Shown here piece after piece: positions 39,727-48,745 of a stretch of DNA of 64,000 nt (the stretch's first letter is position 1; the number at the start of each line of letters is the position of its first letter). Origin of the DNA: an uncultured Verrucomicrobiota bacterium (GTDB lineage: Bacteria > Verrucomicrobiota > Verrucomicrobiia > Opitutales > Intestinicryptomonadaceae); assembly GCA_949298545.1 (NCBI GenBank), contig CASFWX010000079.1, forward strand, positions 5,624 through 69,623, read 5' to 3'. A model generated the notes under the pieces. The model was not told where the DNA came from. It ran no database searches and saw only the letters and a program-made list of their open reading frames with translations. A program made the position numbers and the translations under genes.

Positions 39727-40716
39727 CTATTTTTTCATGGTGCTTTTGCGGACGATAAGTTCTCCCTCCAGCTCGTTTCTTGACGGAAGCGACTCGTCAG
39801 CCATGCGCTCGTAGCACTTTTGCGCAAAAATCTTTACGGGCTGGCGGAACGATGTTATCGAGGGAATGTAGTTTGCCGCCATTGGAATATCGTCGAAGCC
39901 GGCAATTACGACATCTCCGGGCACGCTCACCCCCGATTCTACAAATTGCTTGATAAGCCCCATGGCGATGGTGTCGTTGGCGGCGACTATGGACTGGGGA
40001 AGCGATTTTGCGCCATTTTTGAGCATCTCGCGCGCGGCAAGACAGCCCGCTTTAAAGGAATTTCCCTCCGTTCCGACTATCAGATTGGAGAATTTCATGG
40101 ACATTTCTCCGGCCACGGCCTCAAAAGCCTTGCGCCTGGCGACATGCGTATTTTCTCCCGTTGAAACATAAGCGGCATTTTCAGCCCCGACATCGCGCTT
40201 CAGATGGGAAAGTATCTTGCCCATTGCGTCCCTTTCGTCGACCGATACTGAAAAGCTTATGTTTTTGTGTTCGCCGTGCCCGATCCGCAAAATAGGTATG
40301 TTTGAAAATGCGTCCGTCCAGGACAAGTCTCCAAAAGACCCCAAAACTATTATTCCGTCGACGGAATGCTTTAAGAGCGGCAGGAGATCGGAATGCTTCG
40401 CCCGGCGGTTGAGGAATCCCACGAGCAATGTAGAGTAGCCGTGGATATGCGCCTGTTCTTGAAGCTCGTAGATGAGGGTCGAAAAATACGGGTCGTAGAA
40501 ATCGTAGACTACGAGCCCGAGCGTGCGCGTCTTTTTTCCTTTCAGGACGAGCGCGGCGGAACTCGGGACGTAATTCATCTCGCGCGCGGCGCGCATTATA
40601 GCGTCTATCTTCTGCTGGTTTACGCCTATTTTGTAAGCCTGCCCGGAAAGCACCCGGGAAACCAAAGAGGTTGAAACGCCCATCTTCTGGGCTATATCCT
40701 TTTGTGTCACTTTCAT
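39727..40716 (-). CDS. LacI family transcriptional regulator
   Basis: MKVTQKDIAQKMGVSTSLVSRVLSG HTH plus a periplasmic-binding-fold effector domain. Its ATG forms an ATGA overlap with the uxuA stop (40713-40716). Confidence 0.85.
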   Translation of the reverse strand: MKVTQKDIAQKMGVSTSLVSRVLSGQAYKIGVNQQKIDAIMRAAREMNYVPSSAALVLKGKKTRTLGLVVYDFYDPYFSTLIYELQEQAHIHGYSTLLVGFLNRRAKHSDLLPLLKHSVDGIIVLGSFGDLSWTDAFSNIPILRIGHGEHKNISFSVSVDERDAMGKILSHLKRDVGAENAAYVSTGENTHVARRKAFEAVAGEMSMKFSNLIVGTEGNSFKAGCLAAREMLKNGAKSLPQSIVAANDTIAMGLIKQFVESGVSVPGDVVIAGFDDIPMAANYIPSITSFRQPVKIFAQKCYERMADESLPSRNELEGELIVRKSTMKK

Positions 40717-41942
40717 TGCTTTAGCCCTTTCGCATTTTTTTGTGAGTGCCAGTCTCTTTCCAGAAAAGCCGCACATGCCGTTTGGAGCCCCCTGAGTTCA
40801 GCCAAACCCTTCATTCTGCCTATATACGAGTATCCGGGATTATCCGGCGGAGCTTTGAGAAGGTCGCCGGCCATCACGCGGCCGTGATCCGGGCGGAATG
40901 GGATCTCGCATTCCCCCCTCGCCAGGCGCCCGCGCTGTTCGTCCAAGAGCTCCGCAACTATGTCGAGCATGGGAACGCCGCCTTCGAGGTGTCCGGACTC
41001 GTAGAACCCCCCGTCTGGAGTTATTTGCGTGCTTCTGAGATGCGCGGCGCATATCTTGCGGCGAAGCCTCCTGACCATGCGCAGCAAATCGTTCCGCGGA
41101 GACGAGCTGAGCGATCCCGCGCAAAAGCACATGGCGTTCGACTCGCTCCGGCACCGGGTGAAGATCCATTCAAAATCTTCGAGGCTCGACGCTATCCGCG
41201 GAAGCCCGAGAACGGGAAACGGGGGATCGTCAGGATGTATCGCCAAAACCGCCCCGCACTCCTCGGCAGTGGGAAGCACTTCGTCGAGAAACAGGCGCAA
41301 ATTTTCCCTCAGGCGCTCGGCGTCGAAGCCCTCGTAGCGCGCGAGCATTTTTACTACATCGCCCACCTCAAGCCCCATTTTGCAGCCCGGAAACATGTCT
41401 ATTATGCTTTTCCCGAACCTATCGCGCCCCTCGGGAGTCAAGGAGGAAAAAAAGTTCCCCGCCGCTCTGACAATTTCCGGGGAATAGTCGGACTCCGCGC
41501 CGGCGCGCTTCAAAACGAATATTTCGAACGCCGCGAATTGCGCGGGATCGAAGCGCAGGCAAGTCGAGCCGTCGGGCATGCGGTAATTCAAATCCGTCCT
41601 TATCCAGTCGAGAACGGGCATGAAATTATAAATAATCCGGCGGATTCCGCAAGAGGCGAGATTGCGAATGCTTTCCTTGTAATTTTCAATATGGCGCTCG
41701 AAATCCCCTCCGCGCAATTTTATGTCCTCGGACACCGGCAAAGATTCCACCGCGTCCCAATCGAGCCCGCATTCGCCGAGCAGCTTTTTGCGCTCCTCTA
41801 TTTCTCCGACGCTCCAAGGCTCTCCGTACGGTATGGAGTGCAGCGATGTAAACACGCCCGAAGCGCCGCTTTGGGCAACCTCCCAAAGCCCGACGCAATC
41901 ACCAGGCCCGTACCATCTGAACGATTCTTTTAAAAGCCGCAT
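40713..41942 (-). CDS. uxuA: Mannonate dehydratase
   Basis: FRWYGPGD..., ESLPVSEDIK, YNFMPVLDWIRTDL motifs. 409 aa. Confidence 0.88.
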   Translation of the reverse strand: MRLLKESFRWYGPGDCVGLWEVAQSGASGVFTSLHSIPYGEPWSVGEIEERKKLLGECGLDWDAVESLPVSEDIKLRGGDFERHIENYKESIRNLASCGIRRIIYNFMPVLDWIRTDLNYRMPDGSTCLRFDPAQFAAFEIFVLKRAGAESDYSPEIVRAAGNFFSSLTPEGRDRFGKSIIDMFPGCKMGLEVGDVVKMLARYEGFDAERLRENLRLFLDEVLPTAEECGAVLAIHPDDPPFPVLGLPRIASSLEDFEWIFTRCRSESNAMCFCAGSLSSSPRNDLLRMVRRLRRKICAAHLRSTQITPDGGFYESGHLEGGVPMLDIVAELLDEQRGRLARGECEIPFRPDHGRVMAGDLLKAPPDNPGYSYIGRMKGLAELRGLQTACAAFLERDWHSQKNAKGLKQ

Positions 41943-41992
41943 GACTTGTCCTTTTTTTTCCGAACCTTACAACCAGAAGCTACCCCAAAAAA

Positions 41993-42811
41993 TCAAACGC
42001 CGGCAAAAGCCGAGAATCCGCCGTCGACCGGTATCACCACACCCGTGACAAATTTTGAAGCGTCGGAGCACAGATAGACGAGCGCGCCGAATATTTCCTC
42101 CGGATTCCCAAAGCGCCTGAAAGGCGTATTCCTAATGATGTCTCGCCCGCGAGAAGTCGGAGAGGAATCCGGATTTAAAAGCAGCGAACGGTTTTGGGAG
42201 CTCAGGAAAAACCCGGGGGCAATGGCATTGACGCGAACGCCCTCGCCAATCTTTTGGGCGAACTCAACCGCGAGCCACTTGGTTAGGTTCTCCACTGCGG
42301 CCTTTGCGTTGGAATAGCCCAATACCCTCGTCAACGGCCGGTCTGCCGACATCGACGAAAAATTCACCACGACACCCATCTTGGATTTTTTAAAGCATTC
42401 CCCGAAAACGAGAGTAGGCAGCAGGGTGCCCGTCAAATTCAAATCAACCACACCGCGATAGGCGGAAATGTCGAGCGAGAACACGTCGGAATCCGGAGGT
42501 ACAGTCGCCCCGGAAGCGTTTCCGCCAGCCCCGTTCACCAATATGTCAACCGAGCCCCATTCGCCCAATATCCTTTCGCGCGCCGCTTCGAGCGACTTTT
42601 TATCGAGCACGTCGCATTTTAAGGCAATGGCGCAATATCCGCCGCTCGATGCGAAATCTTCCGCCTCGGAAAGTTTTTTCTCGTCGCGCCCGAGAAACGC
42701 CACTTTTGCGCCGCGCTCGCAAAGATGGCGCGCGGACGCCCCCGCCAAGACGCCGGTCGCGCCGCTGACGACCGCCACTTTGCCATTTAAACTAAACATA
42801 TCCTTCGCCAT
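41993..42811 (-). CDS. SDR family oxidoreductase (probable fructuronate/mannonate oxidoreductase by context)
   Basis: VAVVSGATGVLAG Rossmann motif, NGAGGN, and a catalytic region. Located between the transporter gene and uxuA. Confidence 0.7.
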   Translation of the reverse strand: MAKDMFSLNGKVAVVSGATGVLAGASARHLCERGAKVAFLGRDEKKLSEAEDFASSGGYCAIALKCDVLDKKSLEAARERILGEWGSVDILVNGAGGNASGATVPPDSDVFSLDISAYRGVVDLNLTGTLLPTLVFGECFKKSKMGVVVNFSSMSADRPLTRVLGYSNAKAAVENLTKWLAVEFAQKIGEGVRVNAIAPGFFLSSQNRSLLLNPDSSPTSRGRDIIRNTPFRRFGNPEEIFGALVYLCSDASKFVTGVVIPVDGGFSAFAGV

Positions 42812-42820
42812 TGCCCCATC

Positions 42821-44545
42821 CTATCCGTTTTGTTTTCTAAAGAAGATGGGCCAAGCGCACACCGCCGCCAGAAATGCAGCGAACAAAAGCGGCCCGAAAA
42901 TTCCGAGCTTGCTCCAAAGCACCCAGAGGCTTGCCAAAGCCCCCGCCAGAAGGGAAATGGCCATCAGCGCAGTCCACAAAATCCGCTTCGCTCCCGACGG
43001 CCGTTCCGATCCCAATATTTTTTTGGAATTTATAATCAGCAGGAACGCCCCCGAAGCTATCGGGAGCAAAACCATTGCCGCCACTCCCGCGTATATTACA
43101 AGCCACATCTTCGCCCCTTTGAAAAATACCGACGCCACCGCGCTCGCAGCTATCAGCAACGATCCGCACAGCTGCCATTTCGTGCTCCCGTCCCGCCCGA
43201 AAACCGCCGCGAAACTCACTCCGCATATGAGCATGTTCATCAGAAGTGCGTTAGCCGCCATGCCGAGAACGCCAAATCCGAAAATGTAGCGTGCTATATC
43301 TTCCCCGACCAGCGGAACCAAGGCTTCTGACAAATTCGACGCGTCCCGCTTGACGAGCATCGCCGCCATTTCCTTCTCGCTAATTGAAAGCGAGTTTATT
43401 GCCGCTTCCCTTTCGACCCGCGACATCTCCGAGTATCTCCGCTCACCGATCCCAGCTTTCACGCGGTCCTCGAGAAGCGAAATGTACGGGGCTACGAGAT
43501 TCGGAGCGGGCGCCGCCGAGGCGGATTCGGAAGCGCTAGCCGGGAGAACGAGCCTGCCGCCAACAACGGCAGACTCCGCCAGCCCCTCCGCCGGTTTGGC
43601 GTGGAACTGCGAAGCCGAAGCAACAACTATGCAGCTTGTGGCAATCAGAAACGGAACAAAAAGCCCGGTGGAGAGATCGAATATGGCAAGGGAGCGGAAA
43701 TCCCTGTCCCAGCCCTTTTTCAGCATCGAATACGGCAGCAGAAAAGTCATGTTTATCCCCACCGCCATCGCCGCGGCGGATATGACGACGTCCCTCTGCT
43801 GCGAGACTATCATTGAAGACCAATATTCCACGCCGCCAGCGTCAAGAGCAGACAGGCGGTCGAGAAAATCCGCCGACGGAGACGAAAGCAGCGAAAGGTT
43901 CGGAACGAATCCCGCCAAAATTTCCGAGACATCTATCCTTCCGTCCAGCCACAGCACGAGGGCAACCCCGAAAAAGCACACCACAATCGCCGCCACCGAA
44001 ATTTTTATGAGCAGCTCGAAAATCTTAACTCCCCTCCCCCCGCGGGCGTACAGCCAAACCGCCGCCATCGCCGCGGCAAACATCAGAGCAGTAATCGCGC
44101 ACTCCGCGCCTTTCGAGGCCCCTGAGGCTCCGCAGATGTTCTGGGTTATAGCGGCAACTCCCAACGCAAATTGAGGCATGGCAAACACCAGGCACGCCAG
44201 CAGCGAGCCTATTGCCCAGCCGTATCCGAGCACAGGGCTGATATGGGCGTTTATCTCCTTCATCGGGGGGCGCCCTATCGACAATGTCACATAGGAAATC
44301 GCCGCGAGCATTATGATGCCCAAAACCATCGCCACGGGCTGAAGCCACATGAAACCGAAGCCCCCAAGCACCCCAAGATATAGGGCGGACGCGAGCGATC
44401 CCCCCCCGAGCGTCGTCGCGCTCTGAAGCCAGCCCGGCCCGGAAAGCCTCGAAAAAACCGACAAATTAGCCCAAAATCCCCTTCCGCGCGCCGCCTTTAA
44501 CTCCGCGCGCTGAACCTCCACTGCATTTTTTTCCATAACGCTCAT
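42821..44545 (-). CDS. Nramp-fold membrane transporter with degenerate metal-binding motif
   Basis: GPGWLQSATTLGGGSLASAL aligns to the Nramp TM1 signature GPGFLxSxAxIDPGN, but with GGGS (44396-44407) in place of DPGN. 574 aa, polytopic, with a soluble insertion of about 100 aa. Confidence 0.6.
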   Translation of the reverse strand: MSVMEKNAVEVQRAELKAARGRGFWANLSVFSRLSGPGWLQSATTLGGGSLASALYLGVLGGFGFMWLQPVAMVLGIIMLAAISYVTLSIGRPPMKEINAHISPVLGYGWAIGSLLACLVFAMPQFALGVAAITQNICGASGASKGAECAITALMFAAAMAAVWLYARGGRGVKIFELLIKISVAAIVVCFFGVALVLWLDGRIDVSEILAGFVPNLSLLSSPSADFLDRLSALDAGGVEYWSSMIVSQQRDVVISAAAMAVGINMTFLLPYSMLKKGWDRDFRSLAIFDLSTGLFVPFLIATSCIVVASASQFHAKPAEGLAESAVVGGRLVLPASASESASAAPAPNLVAPYISLLEDRVKAGIGERRYSEMSRVEREAAINSLSISEKEMAAMLVKRDASNLSEALVPLVGEDIARYIFGFGVLGMAANALLMNMLICGVSFAAVFGRDGSTKWQLCGSLLIAASAVASVFFKGAKMWLVIYAGVAAMVLLPIASGAFLLIINSKKILGSERPSGAKRILWTALMAISLLAGALASLWVLWSKLGIFGPLLFAAFLAAVCAWPIFFRKQNG

Positions 44546-45633
44546 TTCAAATTCCGCAAACGCGCCGAATCCGCCGCCATTTGCGCCTTCAAAGAAAGTT
44601 CGGCGGCGGCAAAGGCGTGCGACTGCGACATCGCTGTCTCTCCCCTGCTCAACACATCGAGAACAAAATTCTTAAAAAACGGAAATTTCATATTGCGGCA
44701 GTCGATGTTGCGCACGCCTTCGGAATCGCATATCCAAAGCGATTGCGGCGGATTTCCGGCGCGCGCGAAGTCTATGTACTTCCTTATTTCCAAATAGCCC
44801 TTCGTCCCCAAAATAAAAGTTCTCCCGTCGCCCCACACCGGGAGGCCGTCAGGCGTGAACCAGTCCACCCGGCAATAGCACGACGCCCCGTTTTCAGTCT
44901 CGACAAGCGCCTCACCAAAATCCTCGAGCCCGGGCTTGTCGGGATTGTTGAAGTTCTCCGCCCGCGCGCTGATTACCCGCGCCCGGTCGCAACCCGAAAA
45001 CTCGAGAAACTGCTCGAACTGGTGGGAGCCTATGTCGCAGAGTATCCCGCCGTATTTCTCCTTTTCGAAGAACCAGTCCGGGCGCGCGGATTTGGACAGC
45101 CTGTGCGGAGCGAGTATCAGAACTTGCAAAACCCTGCCTATAGCCCCGCCCTTCACCATTTCGGCCGCCGTCTCCGCCGCCTGGTTGTGCACGCGCTCGG
45201 CGTAGTAGGGCATGTACTTCTTGCCAGTTTCGGCGACGAGTTTCCTCGCCTCCTCAAGCTGTTCCAGCTTTGTAAACGGCGGCTTGTCCACAAAAAAGTC
45301 CCTTCCCGAGCGCAAAACAGCCTCCCCTACACCGAACCTTTCGCATGGAATTCCGGCATTCGCAACGAGTTTTACTTCCGGATCGGAAAGAATTTCTTCG
45401 AGAGATTTTGCTGGGCGGGCCTCCGGAAAACGTTTGAGGAAATCTGCAAGCTTATGGCTGTCGCTATCCCATGCGAGCTTGCAGCGCGCGCCCGCGCTCT
45501 CGAGCCCGGAACACATCGCATAAATATGGCCGTGCGCAAGCCCGGCGGCGGCGAATGAAAGCTCGCCGGGGCGGAGAACGCTTTCTGACGAGCCGTCCGG
45601 AACGTAGTCGTATCCTGTGCTATGGCCGCTCAT
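44542..45633 (-). CDS. Gfo/Idh/MocA family oxidoreductase
   Basis: Family-typical N-terminal dinucleotide-binding and C-terminal alpha/beta domains (FVDKPP, GAIGRV). ATGA overlaps with both neighbouring genes. Confidence 0.7.
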   Translation of the reverse strand: MSGHSTGYDYVPDGSSESVLRPGELSFAAAGLAHGHIYAMCSGLESAGARCKLAWDSDSHKLADFLKRFPEARPAKSLEEILSDPEVKLVANAGIPCERFGVGEAVLRSGRDFFVDKPPFTKLEQLEEARKLVAETGKKYMPYYAERVHNQAAETAAEMVKGGAIGRVLQVLILAPHRLSKSARPDWFFEKEKYGGILCDIGSHQFEQFLEFSGCDRARVISARAENFNNPDKPGLEDFGEALVETENGASCYCRVDWFTPDGLPVWGDGRTFILGTKGYLEIRKYIDFARAGNPPQSLWICDSEGVRNIDCRNMKFPFFKNFVLDVLSRGETAMSQSHAFAAAELSLKAQMAADSARLRNLK

Positions 45634-46775
45634 TTGAACGATTTTTCAAAATCTATGATAAAATCCGTCTTGGGATTCTCGCGCAAGTGGGAGAAGGCGA
45701 TTTTTTCAGATAGCATTTTTTTATACAATGCATGGTCGAACGGGAAAGAAACGTCCTTATTTGTCCAGGCAGACATGAGCATGGCGTTTGCCATCTGCAA
45801 ACTTAAAGCCCCCTGCTCAGGCGTGTAAAGCAGCTCTGCGTCGCCGTTTATGGCCTCCACAAAATTCGAGACCACGCCGGCGTGCTGCTCGCCCGCCCCG
45901 AAAAATTCTATTTCCTCCTCCTCGACTTCCGGAGAGCCGAAAATGTACTTCGTGCCGTAAGTGTATGACTCGAGAGTCTCGTTGACAAAGCGGAAAATCT
46001 TCAGCTTCCCCGACTCCGCAACGACAAACGCTTTGTCGCCCGCAATCACGAGCCTGTTGGAGCCGGGATATTCGCCCGTGGAACTTATAAAAGTCGAACT
46101 CGCGCCGTTTGAGAGCTCCATGCGGCAGCAAACCTCGTCTTCCACCTCTATATTGTGGTATTTCCCGAACTGGCACCACGCCCTCAAGGTCTTGGGAAGC
46201 CCGAATATCCACGCCCATATGTCTATGTTGTGTATGGACTGGTTTATGAGAACGCCCCCGGCTTCGCCCTTCCAAGTCCCCTTCCAGGAACTCGACGCAA
46301 AATAGATGTCGGGCCTGTACCAGTTCGACATCGTCCAAGAAACGCGGTTTATGCGCCCTATCTCGCCGCTTTCAACCATTTCGCGTATCTTTGAATAGAG
46401 GGGCGCAGTGCGCTGGTTGAGCATCACCGCGAGAACTTTTCCGCTCCGCTTTGCGATATCGGCAAGTTCCAATGCGTCCTCCGAACAGAGCGCCATCGGC
46501 TTTTCCACGAGCGCGTGGAATCCCCGCTCGAGCGCCTTCTTGGCGAGAGGAAAATGCGTAAAGGACGGCGTGGCTATTATCAGCGCATCGAAACCTCCGG
46601 CCGAAAGCATTTTGTCCATATCATTATAAATCCGGAGCCCGGCGAATTTTTTTTCGTCGACCGGGCGCTGTTCGCAAACGCATGCCAATTCGGCGCCCGG
46701 TATCTTATTTTGCAACAGATTGTCGGCATGAAGGCCGCCTATGGGACCCAAGCCAACTATTCCAATCTTCGTCAT
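45630..46775 (-). CDS. Gfo/Idh/MocA family oxidoreductase
   Basis: MTKIGIVGLGPIGGLHADNL Rossmann motif and an EKPMAL motif. Confidence 0.8.
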   Translation of the reverse strand: MTKIGIVGLGPIGGLHADNLLQNKIPGAELACVCEQRPVDEKKFAGLRIYNDMDKMLSAGGFDALIIATPSFTHFPLAKKALERGFHALVEKPMALCSEDALELADIAKRSGKVLAVMLNQRTAPLYSKIREMVESGEIGRINRVSWTMSNWYRPDIYFASSSWKGTWKGEAGGVLINQSIHNIDIWAWIFGLPKTLRAWCQFGKYHNIEVEDEVCCRMELSNGASSTFISSTGEYPGSNRLVIAGDKAFVVAESGKLKIFRFVNETLESYTYGTKYIFGSPEVEEEEIEFFGAGEQHAGVVSNFVEAINGDAELLYTPEQGALSLQMANAMLMSAWTNKDVSFPFDHALYKKMLSEKIAFSHLRENPKTDFIIDFEKSFK

Positions 46776-46792
46776 AGTTAAAAAATCTCCCT

Positions 46793-48199
46793 TTAAAAAT
46801 TAAAATATCCCTTCGCGTTGAAATACGACACGCCCCTGACGAGAGAGCCTGCCAGTTCTATATCCTGGGGTATCCTTCCCGCCTCCATCTCGGAGCCTAT
46901 TGTGGAGCACAGGGCGCGCCTAAAATACTCATGCCGCGCATACGAAAGAAAAGACCGGGAATCCGTCACCATTCCGACAAATCTCCCAAAAAGCCCGTTC
47001 GACGACAGCGCCTCGTAATGCCTGCGCATTCCGGAAAGGCTGTCCAAGAACCACCACGGCGCGCCAAGCTGAATCTTCCCGGCGCATTCGGAATCCTGAA
47101 AAGCGCCTATCATGGCGGCAAGCATGTCGTTATCCTTGGGATTATTGTTGTAAATGACGGTCTTGCCAAGAGTGCAGGACGCCGCCAGCGAATTAAGGTG
47201 CGAGGCGATAGACTCGGCGCAATTCGACTCGCCCATGGTATCGAACCCCGCGTCCGGACCGAGCTTTTCGTACATCGGCACGTTTACGTTGCGAAGGGCG
47301 CCTATGTGCATCTGCCGCACCCAGCCCTTCTCGCTGTCCATGGCGGCGCACTCCAAGAGCAGAGCAGATTTAAATGCGGCAACTTCGTCGGGAGCTATCA
47401 ACTCGCTGCTGGATATCGCCTTTTTAAAGGTGTCTTCCACCTCGTAGTAAAAGGCGTTTTTAAACCACACGGTATCCATGCCGTAATCCGACACCCGGCA
47501 GCCCATCGAATGGAAAAAGTCGTGCCGGCGCTTAAGGGCGCAGAGAAGGTCGTCATAGCAGCGTATTTCGATTCCAGAAGCGTTTTCAAGCTCCTCGAGA
47601 TATTTTATGTAGGTTTCGTACTTGTCTATCGCAAACGCCTTATCGGGGCGGAAACTCGGAAGCACTTTTACGGGAAAAGCCTCTTCCGAAAGCTTTTTGT
47701 GCCACGACAAGTCCGACACGGGATCGTCTGTAGTGCAAACCGCTTCTACGCCGCTCTTTATCATGCATGCGCGCGCGGAAAAATCTCCGGAACGCAAAAC
47801 CTCGTTCGCCCTGTCCCAAATCTCGCCGGCAGTGTCGCCGTTGAGAAGCTTGTCGTCTATTCCGAAAAATCTCGCCAGTTCCAAGTGCGACCAATGGTAC
47901 ATCGGATTGCCGAGCATGTACGGCATAGCCTCGGCAAACTTTTGGAATTTATCCCTGTCGGGGGCCTCGCCCGTGCAATATTTTTCGTCGGCGCCGTTGG
48001 AGCGCATGAGGCGCCACTTGTAGTGGTCTCCGCCGAGCCATACCTGGGCGATATTATCCCAGCGCGCGTCTTCGCAAATCTCTTTTACATCAAGGTGGCA
48101 GTGAAAATCTATCAGGGGAAGTTTTTCAACAAAGCCGTGATAAAGATCCCTCGAGTATTTATTGTTTAGCAGAAAATCATCGTTTATGAATTTCTTCAT
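46793..48199 (-). CDS. uxaC: Glucuronate isomerase
   Basis: MKKFINDDFLLNN..LYH...LPLIDFHCHL N-terminus. 468 aa. Confidence 0.9.
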   Translation of the reverse strand: MKKFINDDFLLNNKYSRDLYHGFVEKLPLIDFHCHLDVKEICEDARWDNIAQVWLGGDHYKWRLMRSNGADEKYCTGEAPDRDKFQKFAEAMPYMLGNPMYHWSHLELARFFGIDDKLLNGDTAGEIWDRANEVLRSGDFSARACMIKSGVEAVCTTDDPVSDLSWHKKLSEEAFPVKVLPSFRPDKAFAIDKYETYIKYLEELENASGIEIRCYDDLLCALKRRHDFFHSMGCRVSDYGMDTVWFKNAFYYEVEDTFKKAISSSELIAPDEVAAFKSALLLECAAMDSEKGWVRQMHIGALRNVNVPMYEKLGPDAGFDTMGESNCAESIASHLNSLAASCTLGKTVIYNNNPKDNDMLAAMIGAFQDSECAGKIQLGAPWWFLDSLSGMRRHYEALSSNGLFGRFVGMVTDSRSFLSYARHEYFRRALCSTIGSEMEAGRIPQDIELAGSLVRGVSYFNAKGYFNF

Positions 48200-48206
48200 A
48201 AGGGCG

Positions 48207-48234
48207 ATATTCTCAAACGTTTGAGCCTTGTCAA
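48207..48234 (-). promoter_or_regulatory. Candidate uxaC-operon promoter with an embedded LacI-type operator
   Basis: Minus strand reads TTGACA (48229-48234), then AGG-CTCAAACGTTTGAG (perfect 14-bp palindrome, 48212-48225), then GAATAT (48207-48212). The ATG at 48199 follows about 8 nt later. Confidence 0.45.
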
Positions 48235-48322
48235 CCTTTTATTTTAAGGATAATATTAAGATATTGCGCCACATGTTGCGCAAAATTCACACCTGCCATG
48301 CGCATTCGAAAATAAAAAAACA

Positions 48323-48745
48323 TCAAAATCTCACGGGCAAACAATCCTTCATGGGGACCCCAATCTTGAGGAAAATACCCTGCGAGTCCTTTTCGGCTAT
48401 AGCGGTAATCCAAGCAATCCCGTCGCTTCTCAACCTGCCGACTATCGCATCGGCGAGTTTTGTTCCTATCCCCTGCCTGCGAAAATCAGGAGCGACGGTG
48501 AAGTCTATTATAAAAGCGTCTCCTACTCCGTCGGACAGCGCCCTCACAAACCCTACGAGTTTCCCGTCTTTATAAGCCCCGTACGCGCAATAGGAGTTTT
48601 TCAAAGCCTTGTTCAGGAGTTTTATTCCCGCATCTGGGCGCTCCTCTTCGAGCCACCCAGCCGCAGCATACAGCTCCGCTACTCCGCTTGCGTATTCCGC
48701 AGATTCCTTTAGATTAAGCTCCTCGATTTTTAACATGGCTCTCAC
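48323..48745 (-). CDS. GNAT family N-acetyltransferase
   Basis: FIIDFTVAPDFRRQGIGTKLADAIV acetyl-CoA binding motif (R/Q-x-x-G-x-G/A). 140 aa. Confidence 0.8.
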   Translation of the reverse strand: MRAMLKIEELNLKESAEYASGVAELYAAAGWLEEERPDAGIKLLNKALKNSYCAYGAYKDGKLVGFVRALSDGVGDAFIIDFTVAPDFRRQGIGTKLADAIVGRLRSDGIAWITAIAEKDSQGIFLKIGVPMKDCLPVRF

